Assembly (NCBI GenBank): GCA_050122795.1
Contig: JASFIG010000003.1
Span: 1 to 40,096, forward strand
DNA: 40,096 bases
DNA from: Desulfobacterales bacterium
GTDB lineage: Bacteria > Desulfobacterota > Desulfobacteria > Desulfobacterales > JAHEIW01
Reading direction: 5' to 3'
Shown: piece by piece, positions 16,655 to 25,786 of the stretch
How the letters are laid out: each line of letters starts with the position of its first letter
How positions within the stretch are numbered: position 1 is the stretch's first letter
Made by a program: the position numbers and the translations under genes
Notes under the pieces: model-generated
The model's input: the letters and a program-made list of their open reading frames with translations, nothing else
The model's database searches: none
Told to the model about the DNA's origin: nothing

Positions 16655-17347
16655 ATGGCAAAGGAAAAAATATTGGTCGTCGAAGATGAAGCGGATATCC
16701 TCGAGCTTGTGCGCTATAACCTGTCGCGCGAGGGGTATCACGTTACCGGAACCCTGTCGGGCGAAGACGCCCTTCGCAAAGTTCGATCAGATCCGTTTGA
16801 TTTGATTGTGCTGGATCTGATGCTGCCGGGTATGGATGGGCTGACGTTTACCAAAACGCTCAAAAATGATTCCAGGCTGCGCAGCATTCCGATTATCATG
16901 TTGACTGCCAAAGGCGAAGAGGCCGACATCGTCACCGGCCTTGAGCTGGGTGCCGATGACTATATGACCAAGCCCTTCAGCCCGAAAGTCATGGTCGCCC
17001 GGGTACGCGCTGCACTCCGTCGCCACAAGGAGGAGCCGCAGGATGAAATGGCGATTGTCAAAATTTACGATCTGGAAATCAATCCAGGCCGGCGCAGCGT
17101 AATGGCCAAAGGGGAGCCCGTTGATTTAACCTACACCGAATTTCAGGTTCTGCTGCTGCTGGCCAGACGTCCCGGCTGGGTGTTTACGCGCTCGCACATC
17201 GTGAACTCGATCCGGGGTAACGATTATCCGGTAACGGATCGCAGCGTTGATGTACAGATTGTCGGGCTGCGCAAAAAGCTCGGCGCCTATGGTCAGTATA
17301 TCGAAACCGTAAGGGGTGTCGGGTATCGGTTCAAGGAGACCCCATGA
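16655..17347 (+). CDS. phoB: OmpR-family response regulator PhoB/PhoP
   Basis: Receiver domain (VVEDE, LDLMLP, KPF) and winged helix (RSVDV, ETVRGVGY); located in a phosphate gene cluster. Confidence 0.85.
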   Translation: MAKEKILVVEDEADILELVRYNLSREGYHVTGTLSGEDALRKVRSDPFDLIVLDLMLPGMDGLTFTKTLKNDSRLRSIPIIMLTAKGEEADIVTGLELGADDYMTKPFSPKVMVARVRAALRRHKEEPQDEMAIVKIYDLEINPGRRSVMAKGEPVDLTYTEFQVLLLLARRPGWVFTRSHIVNSIRGNDYPVTDRSVDVQIVGLRKKLGAYGQYIETVRGVGYRFKETP

Positions 17348-19122
17348 AAAAGCGCAAACGCCTGCTGTGGCGGCTTTTTCCTTCCTATTTATTGATCACG
17401 CTGATCTCTTTGCTGGCTGTCAGCTGGTATGCCTCCGGTGCCATGCGCCAATTTTTTCTGGACCAGACCGCCACAGACCTGAAAGCCAGAGCAACCCTGC
17501 TTGAGAAACAGATATCAGGGCTGCTGTCACCATTGAATGCCGCTGCAATCGATTCCATCTGCAAAGAAGCCGGCCGGCTTTCGGCCACCCGCATTACAGT
17601 CATACTTCCGGATGGAACAGTCATTGGCGATTCGCGCGAAACCCCCCACCTGATGGATAATCATGCCAACCGCCCGGAAATTGCTGCGGCGCTGGACGGC
17701 CGGGCGGGCCAATCAATGCGTTTCAGCAACACCCTTATGCAACGTATGCTGTATGTCGCCGTACCGATCAAAGATCAGCAACGTGTTTTAGCCGTGCTGC
17801 GCACATCGTTGCCGGCAACCGCTGTGGAAACTGAAATCCGATCCATCCAGCTAAAAATTGCGCTCGGCGGATGCATTATCGCCCTGCTGGCGGCCGGCAT
17901 CAGCTGGGTGGTTTCCCGACGCATCAGTCAGCCGATCGAACAGATGAAAAAAAGTGCCGAACATTTCGCCAACGGCGATTTGAGCCATCGTCTGACACCG
18001 CCTCAAACAGAAGAGATGGGAGGTCTGGCGGATGCCATGAATCAGATGGCCGCCCAGCTGAAGGACCGCATTGAAACCATCGTCCGTCAGCGCAATCAGC
18101 TCCAAACGGTTCTGGCCAGTATGCTGGAAGGGGTGATTGCCATCGACACCGAAGAGCGGATTGTGAGCATTAACCAGACGGCTGCCCGGCTTTTTGAAAA
18201 CGAACCGGCTGGTTGCCAGGGAAAAAGCATTCAGGAGATCATCCGTTCCCCGGCATTGCAGCAGTTTATCCGTGCAGCGCTCAGCAACAAAAACCCGACT
18301 GAAGAAGACATCACGGTATTTCAAAAAGAAGAGCGCGTGATTGATGTCAAAGGCTCTCCTATTTTAGACGCAAATCGGCACCAAATCGGCACTCTGGTGG
18401 TATTTCACGATGTAACCCAGCTGCGGCGCCTGGAAAACATGCGACGTGATTTTGTAGCCAATGTCTCACATGAAATCAAAACGCCCCTGACCGCCATAAA
18501 AGGGTTTGTTGAAACTCTGCAACAGGGCAATGTTGAAAAACAACAGGAAAAAGAACGCTTCCTGGGTATCATTCAAAAACACGTGGATCGCCTGGATGCC
18601 ATTATCGAGGATTTGCTGGCACTTTCACGAATTGAGCAGGAAAACGAAAAGAAAGAAATTAAATTCGAGTCGGTAAAAATTGTGGATGTTTTTCAGGCTG
18701 CCATCCAATTGTGCATGCCAAAAGCCGAAAAACAAAGCATCCGTATCGATATTGACTGTGAAAAGGATATCACTGCCATTTTTGATCCCACCCTGATCGA
18801 GCAGGCGGTGGTTAATCTACTTGATAACGCTATTAAATTCAGTGAACCGCAAAGTACGATTCATGTCAAATTTCATCGCCATGAAGACGAGATGATTATC
18901 AGTGTTCAGGACCATGGTATCGGCATAGCCCAAAAGCATCTGCCGAGACTCTTTGAACGTTTCTATCGAGTCGACAAAGCGCGCAGCCGCAGCATGGGCG
19001 GAACCGGACTGGGGCTGGCTATCGTTAAACACATTGCCCAGGCCCACGGCGGACATGTTGCGGTTGAAAGCAAACTGGGAGAGGGCAGCCGCTTTAGCAT
19101 TCACCTGCCCCAAAAAAATTAG
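17344..19122 (+). CDS. phoR: Sensor histidine kinase PhoR (2 TM, HAMP, PAS, HisKA, HATPase)
   Basis: RRDFVANVSHEIKTPLT, NLLDNAIKF, FERFYRVDKARSR, GGTGLGLAIVKH; ATGA overlap with phoB. Confidence 0.88.
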   Translation: MKKRKRLLWRLFPSYLLITLISLLAVSWYASGAMRQFFLDQTATDLKARATLLEKQISGLLSPLNAAAIDSICKEAGRLSATRITVILPDGTVIGDSRETPHLMDNHANRPEIAAALDGRAGQSMRFSNTLMQRMLYVAVPIKDQQRVLAVLRTSLPATAVETEIRSIQLKIALGGCIIALLAAGISWVVSRRISQPIEQMKKSAEHFANGDLSHRLTPPQTEEMGGLADAMNQMAAQLKDRIETIVRQRNQLQTVLASMLEGVIAIDTEERIVSINQTAARLFENEPAGCQGKSIQEIIRSPALQQFIRAALSNKNPTEEDITVFQKEERVIDVKGSPILDANRHQIGTLVVFHDVTQLRRLENMRRDFVANVSHEIKTPLTAIKGFVETLQQGNVEKQQEKERFLGIIQKHVDRLDAIIEDLLALSRIEQENEKKEIKFESVKIVDVFQAAIQLCMPKAEKQSIRIDIDCEKDITAIFDPTLIEQAVVNLLDNAIKFSEPQSTIHVKFHRHEDEMIISVQDHGIGIAQKHLPRLFERFYRVDKARSRSMGGTGLGLAIVKHIAQAHGGHVAVESKLGEGSRFSIHLPQKN

Positions 19123-19398
19123 ACACATACCAGTTCATTTGGCCGGCGGAATCTTTTTTCCCCATTTCATCCCTCAACATAGCTCCCCGAAGGACAAAAG
19201 AACCTGTTTCAATTTAAACGAATGATTTTTGTCCAGTCCTCTATTTAACATTGATTTACTGTCCCCAACATGTTATTGGCTCGCCAACCATTCCGCCTTT
19301 CAGTTAGATTCCAGAAGCAGAACAGGGATCCTACCGACCCGCTGAGGTAAGCATACGACATTTCATATGATTATAATAACTCGCTAAAGAACAAATGC

Positions 19399-20625
19399 AT
19401 GGGATCTGAATACACCGTACTGATCATCGGCTATATCTTCGGATTCTATATGGCCTGGAATATCGGCGCCAATGATGTGGCCAATTCGATGGCATCGGCC
19501 GTCGGGGCCAAAGCCATTACCATCCGCCAGGCCATCTTCATCGCCGGTATTTTAAATATAGTCGGCGCTGTTTTTATCGGCTCGCACGTCACCCAAACCA
19601 TCCGCAAGGGGATCGTCTCAACGGACATCCTTACAGATCCCCATCTGGCCCTCATTGGCGCTCTATCCGCTCTGCTGGCGGCCGCCCTTTGGGTGTCGTT
19701 TGCCACCTGGAAATCACTGCCGGTATCCACAACCCATTCCATCGTAGGTGCGATGATCGGCTTTGGTATCATGGCCGGCGGATTTTCGGTGATCAACTGG
19801 GGCAAACTCGGCGCGGTCGTATTGAGCTGGGTGATTTCCCCGGTATTTGCCATGGTCATCGGTTTTTTGATGTTTAAAACCATCGTCAAATTCATTTTAT
19901 CCAGAGAAGACCCCTTCTCTCAGGCCCTCAAACTGGCCCCTTTTTTTATCAGCATCGCCCTTTTTGTGGTGATACTGTCCTTTCTTTTCAAAACGCCCCT
20001 GGGAAAAAGGCTGGCAATTGGCACGCCCCTGGCATTGCTGGTTGCAATCGTGCTTGCTCTCGCACTGGGCTTTGTGGCTGTCAAAATCTTGCGCAAATTC
20101 ATTAAAAAGACGAATCTAAGCGGGGAAGAAGAAGTCTTTCGTAAAATTCAGATCGGCACTTCCTGCTATGTGGCTTTGGCCCAGGGCGCCAACGACGTGG
20201 CCAATGCCATCGGGCCGCTGGCCGTGATCTACTTTCTGGTTAAAACCGGGAGCGTGGGAGCCAAGGTTCCGGTTCCTGTTTTTCTGCTTTTTTTCGGCGG
20301 CATCGGTATTGCGTGCGGCATCGGCATGGCCGGGCACCGCGTCATGGATACGATCGGCAGAAAAATCACCACCCTGACCAACACCCGCGGTTTTTCGGTG
20401 GATTTCGCGGCTGCCACAACGGTTATGGTGGCCTCCAAAATGGGGTTGCCGGTGTCAACCACCCACGCAGCTGTGGGCGGTGTCATGGGCGTTGGCCTGG
20501 CACGCGGTATTGATGCTGTTAATTTTAGAATTATTTTTGAGATTATCCTCTACTGGGTATTAACTGTGCCGGCTGCAGCCATTACCAGTATCGTTATTTT
20601 TAAAATTCTTCAGCTCTTTTTATAA
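19399..20625 (+). CDS. pit: PiT-family inorganic phosphate transporter
   Basis: Two GANDVAN signatures and two LPVSTTH motifs. Confidence 0.95.
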   Translation: MGSEYTVLIIGYIFGFYMAWNIGANDVANSMASAVGAKAITIRQAIFIAGILNIVGAVFIGSHVTQTIRKGIVSTDILTDPHLALIGALSALLAAALWVSFATWKSLPVSTTHSIVGAMIGFGIMAGGFSVINWGKLGAVVLSWVISPVFAMVIGFLMFKTIVKFILSREDPFSQALKLAPFFISIALFVVILSFLFKTPLGKRLAIGTPLALLVAIVLALALGFVAVKILRKFIKKTNLSGEEEVFRKIQIGTSCYVALAQGANDVANAIGPLAVIYFLVKTGSVGAKVPVPVFLLFFGGIGIACGIGMAGHRVMDTIGRKITTLTNTRGFSVDFAAATTVMVASKMGLPVSTTHAAVGGVMGVGLARGIDAVNFRIIFEIILYWVLTVPAAAITSIVIFKILQLFL

Positions 20626-20636
20626 AGGAGAACGTT

Positions 20637-21305
20637 ATGCGCATACCCTTTATTTCAATGTTCATCACCTCACCCTTCGATGGCCTGCAGGAGCATGCCG
20701 AAAAGGTCAAAGAATGCGCCTGGGTTTTTCAACGGGCCATTGAGTGTATCATCGAAGACCGATGTGAAGATTTCGAGCACTTCAGAAAAGACATTGATAA
20801 ACTCGAAAGCGAAGCCGATGCCATCAAGCGCCGCATTCGGGGCCATCTGCCCAAAGGGACTCTGTTGGCCGTGGACAAATTTGAGCTCTTCCGCTATCTG
20901 GGCGAGCAGGATAAGGTGCTGGATGTTGTCGAGGAAGGCCTTGACTGGCTGTCTTTCAGAGCCGCAGCCGGCATCCCCGAAGTGCTCGAAAAAGATTTCA
21001 TGCTTCTGGTGGCAGCGGTCATGGATCCAATTGAAGAGTTGAGCAAAATGGTGGCCGAAGCCCGTAAATATTTTTCAAATTTCTCTGAGGAGCAACGCAT
21101 TCGGGTTAAAGATATCATTCGCGATTTGCGTCACTACGAACACGAGGCCGACAAACTCGAAGATGCTGTCAAAGAGAAGATCTTTAATGCGATCGATGAT
21201 CCGGTGGCCGTATTTCATCTGATCCGCTTAACGGAAATCATCGGCTCCATCGCCGATCACGCCGAAAATGCCGGCGACATGATGCGAGCTATGGTTGCAA
21301 AATAA
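20637..21305 (+). CDS. DUF47 phosphate transport regulator (PhoU-like helical bundle)
   Basis: SPF..LQEH, ESEADAIKR, EHEAD, IADHAEN; directly follows pit. Confidence 0.9.
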   Translation: MRIPFISMFITSPFDGLQEHAEKVKECAWVFQRAIECIIEDRCEDFEHFRKDIDKLESEADAIKRRIRGHLPKGTLLAVDKFELFRYLGEQDKVLDVVEEGLDWLSFRAAAGIPEVLEKDFMLLVAAVMDPIEELSKMVAEARKYFSNFSEEQRIRVKDIIRDLRHYEHEADKLEDAVKEKIFNAIDDPVAVFHLIRLTEIIGSIADHAENAGDMMRAMVAK

Positions 21306-21506
21306 AGCCGGCTGAAAACAAACCGGCAATTGCTGCGGTCTTTTGCGCTTCAGCGAACAGTGCCTATTCTCAAACTGGCACGATATATCCGCCAACCGAT
21401 CACGTTTTTTTATTCTACGCTCATTTTCTTAAAAGCAATTTTGCGCCTAACTGAACCTTTCCACGCCTGTCTGAACCTTTCCATTGGTAATAAAATAAAT
21501 CCAATT

Positions 21507-21534
21507 TTAACCGTTCCTTAATAAAAAACTAATT
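21507..21534 (+). promoter_or_regulatory. Putative Pho box array upstream of the small ORF and phnH
   Basis: TTAACC 21507, TTAATA 21518, CTAATT 21529 (11-bp period). Confidence 0.5.
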
Positions 21535-21616
21535 TTTATCATTCATTTAAGTAGGGAAAATACGAATTTAGATGTGAAGAAATCACCACTTCTCGCTAAA
21601 GGTACACTGAGCAAAA

Positions 21617-21748
21617 ATGAATGCATTCCTTTTAATCTTGGGCGCGGCAATGCTTATTTCAGTTTTGATCATATGGCAATTTAAGACAATCAGAAAAAAG
21701 CATCCAAACGCGGAGATGCTGGTGCGCTTTTATCAAATGATCGTCTAA
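21617..21748 (+). CDS. Putative 43-aa single-pass membrane microprotein; missing from the ORF track
   Basis: MNAFLLILGAAMLISVLIIWQFKTIRKKHPNAEMLVRFYQMIV*: uninterrupted hydrophobic helix followed by a basic patch; RBS is weak. Confidence 0.5.
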   Translation: MNAFLLILGAAMLISVLIIWQFKTIRKKHPNAEMLVRFYQMIV

Positions 21749-21781
21749 AGCCGATTTCTCGCCATCGTCAGGGAGGGTGCC

Positions 21782-22432
21782 TTGATATCTGAAATGGAAA
21801 TACCGACAACGCTATTGCCGGGTTTTTTGAATCCGGCCTTAGGGCCGCAACAAACATTTCGAGCCATTATAGAAGCAATGGCTCACCCGGGACGGCTTAT
21901 TAAAATCAAGACTAAGGTAAACAATATTGAAATGCTGAATACGGCATCTGCTGCTGTTTGCCTGACATTACTTGACGGAGAAACCCCCCTGTGGACCGAT
22001 TTGAGCTGGAATTGTACTGCCGTCAGCTGGTTTCAAGTTAATTGTGGATGCAGCGTTGTTACCGAGCCCTGCTTGGCACATTTTGCCCTGATAACCCACC
22101 CGGCAGAAATGCCGCCTCTTGATGATTTTAAGATTGGCCATGAGGAGCATCCGGAATCTGCAGCGACATTGATCATTCAGGTCCAGGGATTCGACGACGC
22201 CACCAGTAAAATCCTTAGCGTGCCTGGAACAAAATCAACCACTCAATTCGCACCCAAAGGAATACCGGCCAATTTCTGGGAACAATGGCAACTTCAAGCG
22301 GCTTTGTTTCCGCTGGGGGTGGATATCTTTTTCACTTGTGGTGACCTCCTGGCTGCCTTGCCCAGAACAACTCAGCTCAGCGATTCGACATCCGAGTCAA
22401 AAAAGACTCCAAAAAAAGCGGTTCTCACTTGA
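21782..22432 (+). CDS. phnH: C-P lyase system protein PhnH homolog (orphan in this window)
   Basis: QQTFRAIIEAMAHPG, LTLLDGETPLW, PESAATLIIQV, FPLGVD, ALPRTT; GGAGG RBS before TTG. Confidence 0.88.
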   Translation: MISEMEIPTTLLPGFLNPALGPQQTFRAIIEAMAHPGRLIKIKTKVNNIEMLNTASAAVCLTLLDGETPLWTDLSWNCTAVSWFQVNCGCSVVTEPCLAHFALITHPAEMPPLDDFKIGHEEHPESAATLIIQVQGFDDATSKILSVPGTKSTTQFAPKGIPANFWEQWQLQAALFPLGVDIFFTCGDLLAALPRTTQLSDSTSESKKTPKKAVLT

Positions 22433-22519
22433 ATCGCCCTTAGAAAAAAAGAATTAGCGCGTTTACATGTTGCCTATCGATTAAATACCTACAAAGAATG
22501 CGGCTTTGTGGGTATGCTG

Positions 22520-22960
22520 TTATTGTAAAACTCTCTGAGCTAATGCCCGTCCGTAATCCTTGATGACCGACTGATATTCATCGTCAAATAACGGGCTCGA
22601 TATCAGATAATCAGCCGTGGATCGGTTGCAGGCCACGGCCATATTATATAATACGGACATGCGCAGCAGCGCCTTGACATCGACATCATGCGGATGAGAG
22701 GTCAATGGATCCCAGAAAAATATCAAAATATCAAGCCCGCCGTTGGCAATCATGGCGCCCAGCTGTTGGTCGCCGCCCAGCGGGCCGCTTTTTAGCCGGG
22801 TGATACTCAAATCACAGGCTTTAGATAAAATCTTGCCCGTTGTGCCGGTGGCGAATAATTCATGAGTGCATAGTTTGCGAGCGTTAAACTTCACCCACTC
22901 CAGCATATCTTCTTTTCTTTCATCATGGGCAACAAGTGCAATTTTCTTTTTAATCTTCAA
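22520..22960 (-). CDS. mgsA: Methylglyoxal synthase
   Basis: IALVAHD, ATGTTG, SGPLGGDQQ, PHDVDVKALLR. Confidence 0.97.
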   Translation of the reverse strand: MKIKKKIALVAHDERKEDMLEWVKFNARKLCTHELFATGTTGKILSKACDLSITRLKSGPLGGDQQLGAMIANGGLDILIFFWDPLTSHPHDVDVKALLRMSVLYNMAVACNRSTADYLISSPLFDDEYQSVIKDYGRALAQRVLQ

Positions 22961-23075
22961 TGGTTTCTCCTATGATTAAAGAAAAGCTGGTTGAGACGAT
23001 CGAAAACGGATTTGCTTAAACGAGCCTCTGTTGAGGGGGCAACCCCTTTTTGCGAACGGTCGATGACATAACGCC

Positions 23076-23507
23076 TCAGGTGGCATGTTGTTTTTTATCC
23101 ATGGGATGATCAATGGTCGAATCACCATGGATAATAAAATAAACCCCTTCGGCCACATTTTTGATATGATCGCCGATTCGTTCGCAGCAGCGGGCGGTGA
23201 AAATCAGGCTGGTATAGGTGTTGATATTGTCAGAATCAGCTTTCATGTATGACCGCAGCTGGATGAGCAAATCGGCATAAATCCGATTGATCGCATCATC
23301 CCGATGCCAGACCGCGATTGCCTTGGGGACATCTGATTCCAAATAGGCACTGATCACGTCTTTAAGCATCTGAGTCGCCAATTCAGCCATACGGATGATA
23401 AGCCGGACGGGTTTCTCCAGATAGACAGGGTCCAGATTCATTGCATTTTTAGCGATATTGGCGGACTTTTGAGCCTCAGATGGGATTTTGAAACCCTGTT
23501 TAGCCAA
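23076..23507 (-). pseudogene. N-terminally truncated phoU (about one PhoU repeat); pseudogene or half-size protein
   Basis: Has the C-terminal D..IN and CERIGDHIKNVAE motifs and only the tail (ANIAK) of the first repeat; 143 aa versus about 225 for the full copy at 37975. Confidence 0.6.
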
Positions 23508-24399
23508 AACGCCCGGTGATGTAATCCTCGGTTAGCTGGTGGCTCGGATTGGTAAAAATCTGTGCGGTGGGACCGACTTCAATGAGATCTCCGAGATGAA
23601 AATAAGCCGTGCGCTGAGACACGCGGGATGCCTGCTGCATGGAGTGGGTCACAATCACAATTGTATATTGTTCGCGCAGCTCGTCAATTAAATCTTCAAT
23701 AACGGCGGTGGCGATCGGATCCAGGGCCGAGCACGGTTCATCCATCAAAATGACCTCAGGGTTGACCGCAATCGTGCGTGCGATGCAAAGGCGCTGCTGC
23801 TGGCCACCGGACAGGCCCGTTCCGGGCTGGTCCAGCCAGTCTTTAACCTCGTCCCAGAGTCCGGCTTTGATCAACGACGTTTCAACGATTTCATCCAGTT
23901 CGGCTTTATTAGAGGACAGGCCATGAATTCTGGGCCCATAGGCAATATTTTCATAGATAGACTTTGGGAAGGGATTGGGTTTTTGAAAAACCATACCCAC
24001 CTGGGCCCGCAGCGGGACGACATCGATGTTTTTATCGTAGATGTTGATATCATCTAAGGTAATCTCGCCGATAATGCGGCAACCATCGATGGTGTCATTC
24101 ATTCGATTCAGGCAGCGAATAAAGGTTGATTTGCCACAGCCGGAAGGACCGATCATGGCAATGACCTCGTTGCGTCCGACATCCAGGGAAACATTTTTGA
24201 TGGCGTGTTTTTCGCCATACCAGACATTGACGTCTCGGCAGGTCATGCGCGGGTTGTCAACCGTTATTTCACCGACCGTATCGCGGTTCTCGCGGTCGAC
24301 CAATACCCGGCCTTCCGTGGCTTTGACCTTCTGTTCTGTGTTACCTTCTGGCATATTTCCTATGAAACCAGCCTCATCCATTGATTTGAGTGAAATCAT
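23500..24399 (-). CDS. pstB: Phosphate ABC transporter ATPase PstB
   Basis: [40 protein letters not shown]; start uncertain. Confidence 0.97.
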   Translation of the reverse strand: MISLKSMDEAGFIGNMPEGNTEQKVKATEGRVLVDRENRDTVGEITVDNPRMTCRDVNVWYGEKHAIKNVSLDVGRNEVIAMIGPSGCGKSTFIRCLNRMNDTIDGCRIIGEITLDDINIYDKNIDVVPLRAQVGMVFQKPNPFPKSIYENIAYGPRIHGLSSNKAELDEIVETSLIKAGLWDEVKDWLDQPGTGLSGGQQQRLCIARTIAVNPEVILMDEPCSALDPIATAVIEDLIDELREQYTIVIVTHSMQQASRVSQRTAYFHLGDLIEVGPTAQIFTNPSHQLTEDYITGRFG

Positions 24400-24492
24400 G
24401 ATATTAACAGATCTTGCGATAAGGAGTTTATATTACAGATTAACGCCCGGGTGTAAAGTATTTTAAGATAAACCCAGGCCCAATAATCAAAG

Positions 24493-24531
24493 CAAAAAGG
24501 TAGACCGGAAAAAATATTTTCCGGTCTACCT
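24493..24531 (-). terminator. Terminator-like hairpin between pstS and pstB
   Basis: Perfect 15-bp inverted repeat AGGTAGACCGGAAAA / TTTTCCGGTCTACCT, followed by a T run on the minus strand. Confidence 0.8.
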
Positions 24532-24543
24532 CGACAAACAAGT

Positions 24544-25599
24544 TTACTTCAATGAAGTTAAGGCCGTCAAAGATTTGGCATTGCTGCTGTATTTAGCGCG
24601 CTCTGCCTTCGGCATGGGGATCAAGCCCTTTTCACTTAGATACCCTTCTGCGCCCCAGGCTTTGTCGCTGGTAAACTCAGTTAGATATTCCTTAATCCCC
24701 GGAATCACACCCACGTGGGACTTTTTAACATAGAAAAACAGCGGGCGGGAAACCGGATATTTGCCATCGGCAATGGCTTCGAATTCGGGTTGGACGCCGT
24801 CGATATAGGATCCCTGGATTTTATCCATATTTTGATCCAGAAAGCTGAAGCCGAAAATACCCAGGGCATTCGGATTGGCCTCCAGTTTTTGAACGATCAG
24901 ATTGTCGTTCTCACCGGCTTCAACATAGGCCCCATCTTCCCGAACGGTATGACAGACGGCCTTGTAGGCTTTTTTGTCGCTCTTTTTCATGGCCGCAATC
25001 CAGTCAAACTTTTTGGCGCCGCCTTCCATGGCCAGTTCAACGAAAGCATCCCGGGTACCTGAGGTCGGTGGGGGACCCAGCACTTCGATCGCCTTGTCCG
25101 GCAGGGCCGGATTGACATCTTTCCAGGTTTTGTAGGGATTGGGGACCAGTTTTTCGCCACCGGCCGGGTCCGGAACGTCCTTGGCCAGGGCCATAAAGAT
25201 ATCCTTACGGGTCAGTTTCATCGGGGCTGCTTTTTTGGAATTGGCCATCACGATGCCGTCATAGCCAATTTTGACTTCGATAATTTCCTTGACTCCGTTT
25301 TGGGCGCATTGGTCAAATTCAGACTGTTTGATGCGGCGGGACGCATTGGTGATGTCCGGATGCTCGACACCGACACCAGCACAAAAAAGCTTCAGACCGC
25401 CGCCGGAACCGGTGGATTCAATCTTCGGTGTCTTAAAGGAAGTGGATTTGCCGAACTGCTCGGCGACAACCGTCGCAAAAGGATAAACGGTGGATGAGCC
25501 CACAATACTAACGTAATCCCTTCCGGAACCGGCCAGAACCGGCCCAAACAGTGCGGCCACAAAAAAAACAATGGCTGTTAACAAAACGAACTTTCTCAT
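24544..25599 (-). CDS. pstS: Phosphate-binding protein PstS
   Basis: Signal peptide, IVGSSTVYPF, ESTGSGGG, NASR, SGTRDAF, YPVSRPLF; AGGAGG 8 nt before ATG 25599. Confidence 0.95.
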   Translation of the reverse strand: MRKFVLLTAIVFFVAALFGPVLAGSGRDYVSIVGSSTVYPFATVVAEQFGKSTSFKTPKIESTGSGGGLKLFCAGVGVEHPDITNASRRIKQSEFDQCAQNGVKEIIEVKIGYDGIVMANSKKAAPMKLTRKDIFMALAKDVPDPAGGEKLVPNPYKTWKDVNPALPDKAIEVLGPPPTSGTRDAFVELAMEGGAKKFDWIAAMKKSDKKAYKAVCHTVREDGAYVEAGENDNLIVQKLEANPNALGIFGFSFLDQNMDKIQGSYIDGVQPEFEAIADGKYPVSRPLFFYVKKSHVGVIPGIKEYLTEFTSDKAWGAEGYLSEKGLIPMPKAERAKYSSNAKSLTALTSLK

Positions 25600-25681
25600 A
25601 GTCATTTCCTCCTTGAGTTTAAAAATTAGCACAAAAAAATTCAGTTGGTTAAAATTTTTTGGCTGCAACATACGCATTCCA

Positions 25682-25720
25682 AATTAGCACAATATTAGAG
25701 ATCTGTTTGGATTCCATTAA
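25682..25720 (-). promoter_or_regulatory. Putative Pho box array upstream of pstS
   Basis: Minus strand TTAATG, CAAACA, CTAATA, CTAATT at an exact 11-bp period. Confidence 0.6.
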
Positions 25721-25786
25721 ATCATGTGCTGCTCTTCAACGAACAGCCAGCCAGCGGCAAGTTGCCGGTAGCCCGAGCCGTTGTCA

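Noticed and set aside
19245-19270. TTAACA/TTTACT/CCAACA upstream of pit as a Pho box
   Set aside because: The period is 10 bp, not the 11 bp seen at the other sites; left out of the regulon call.
21451-21483. Direct repeat CTGAACCTTTCCA x2 as CRISPR or operator
   Set aside because: Only two 13-bp copies 7 bp apart, no cas genes, no other copies.
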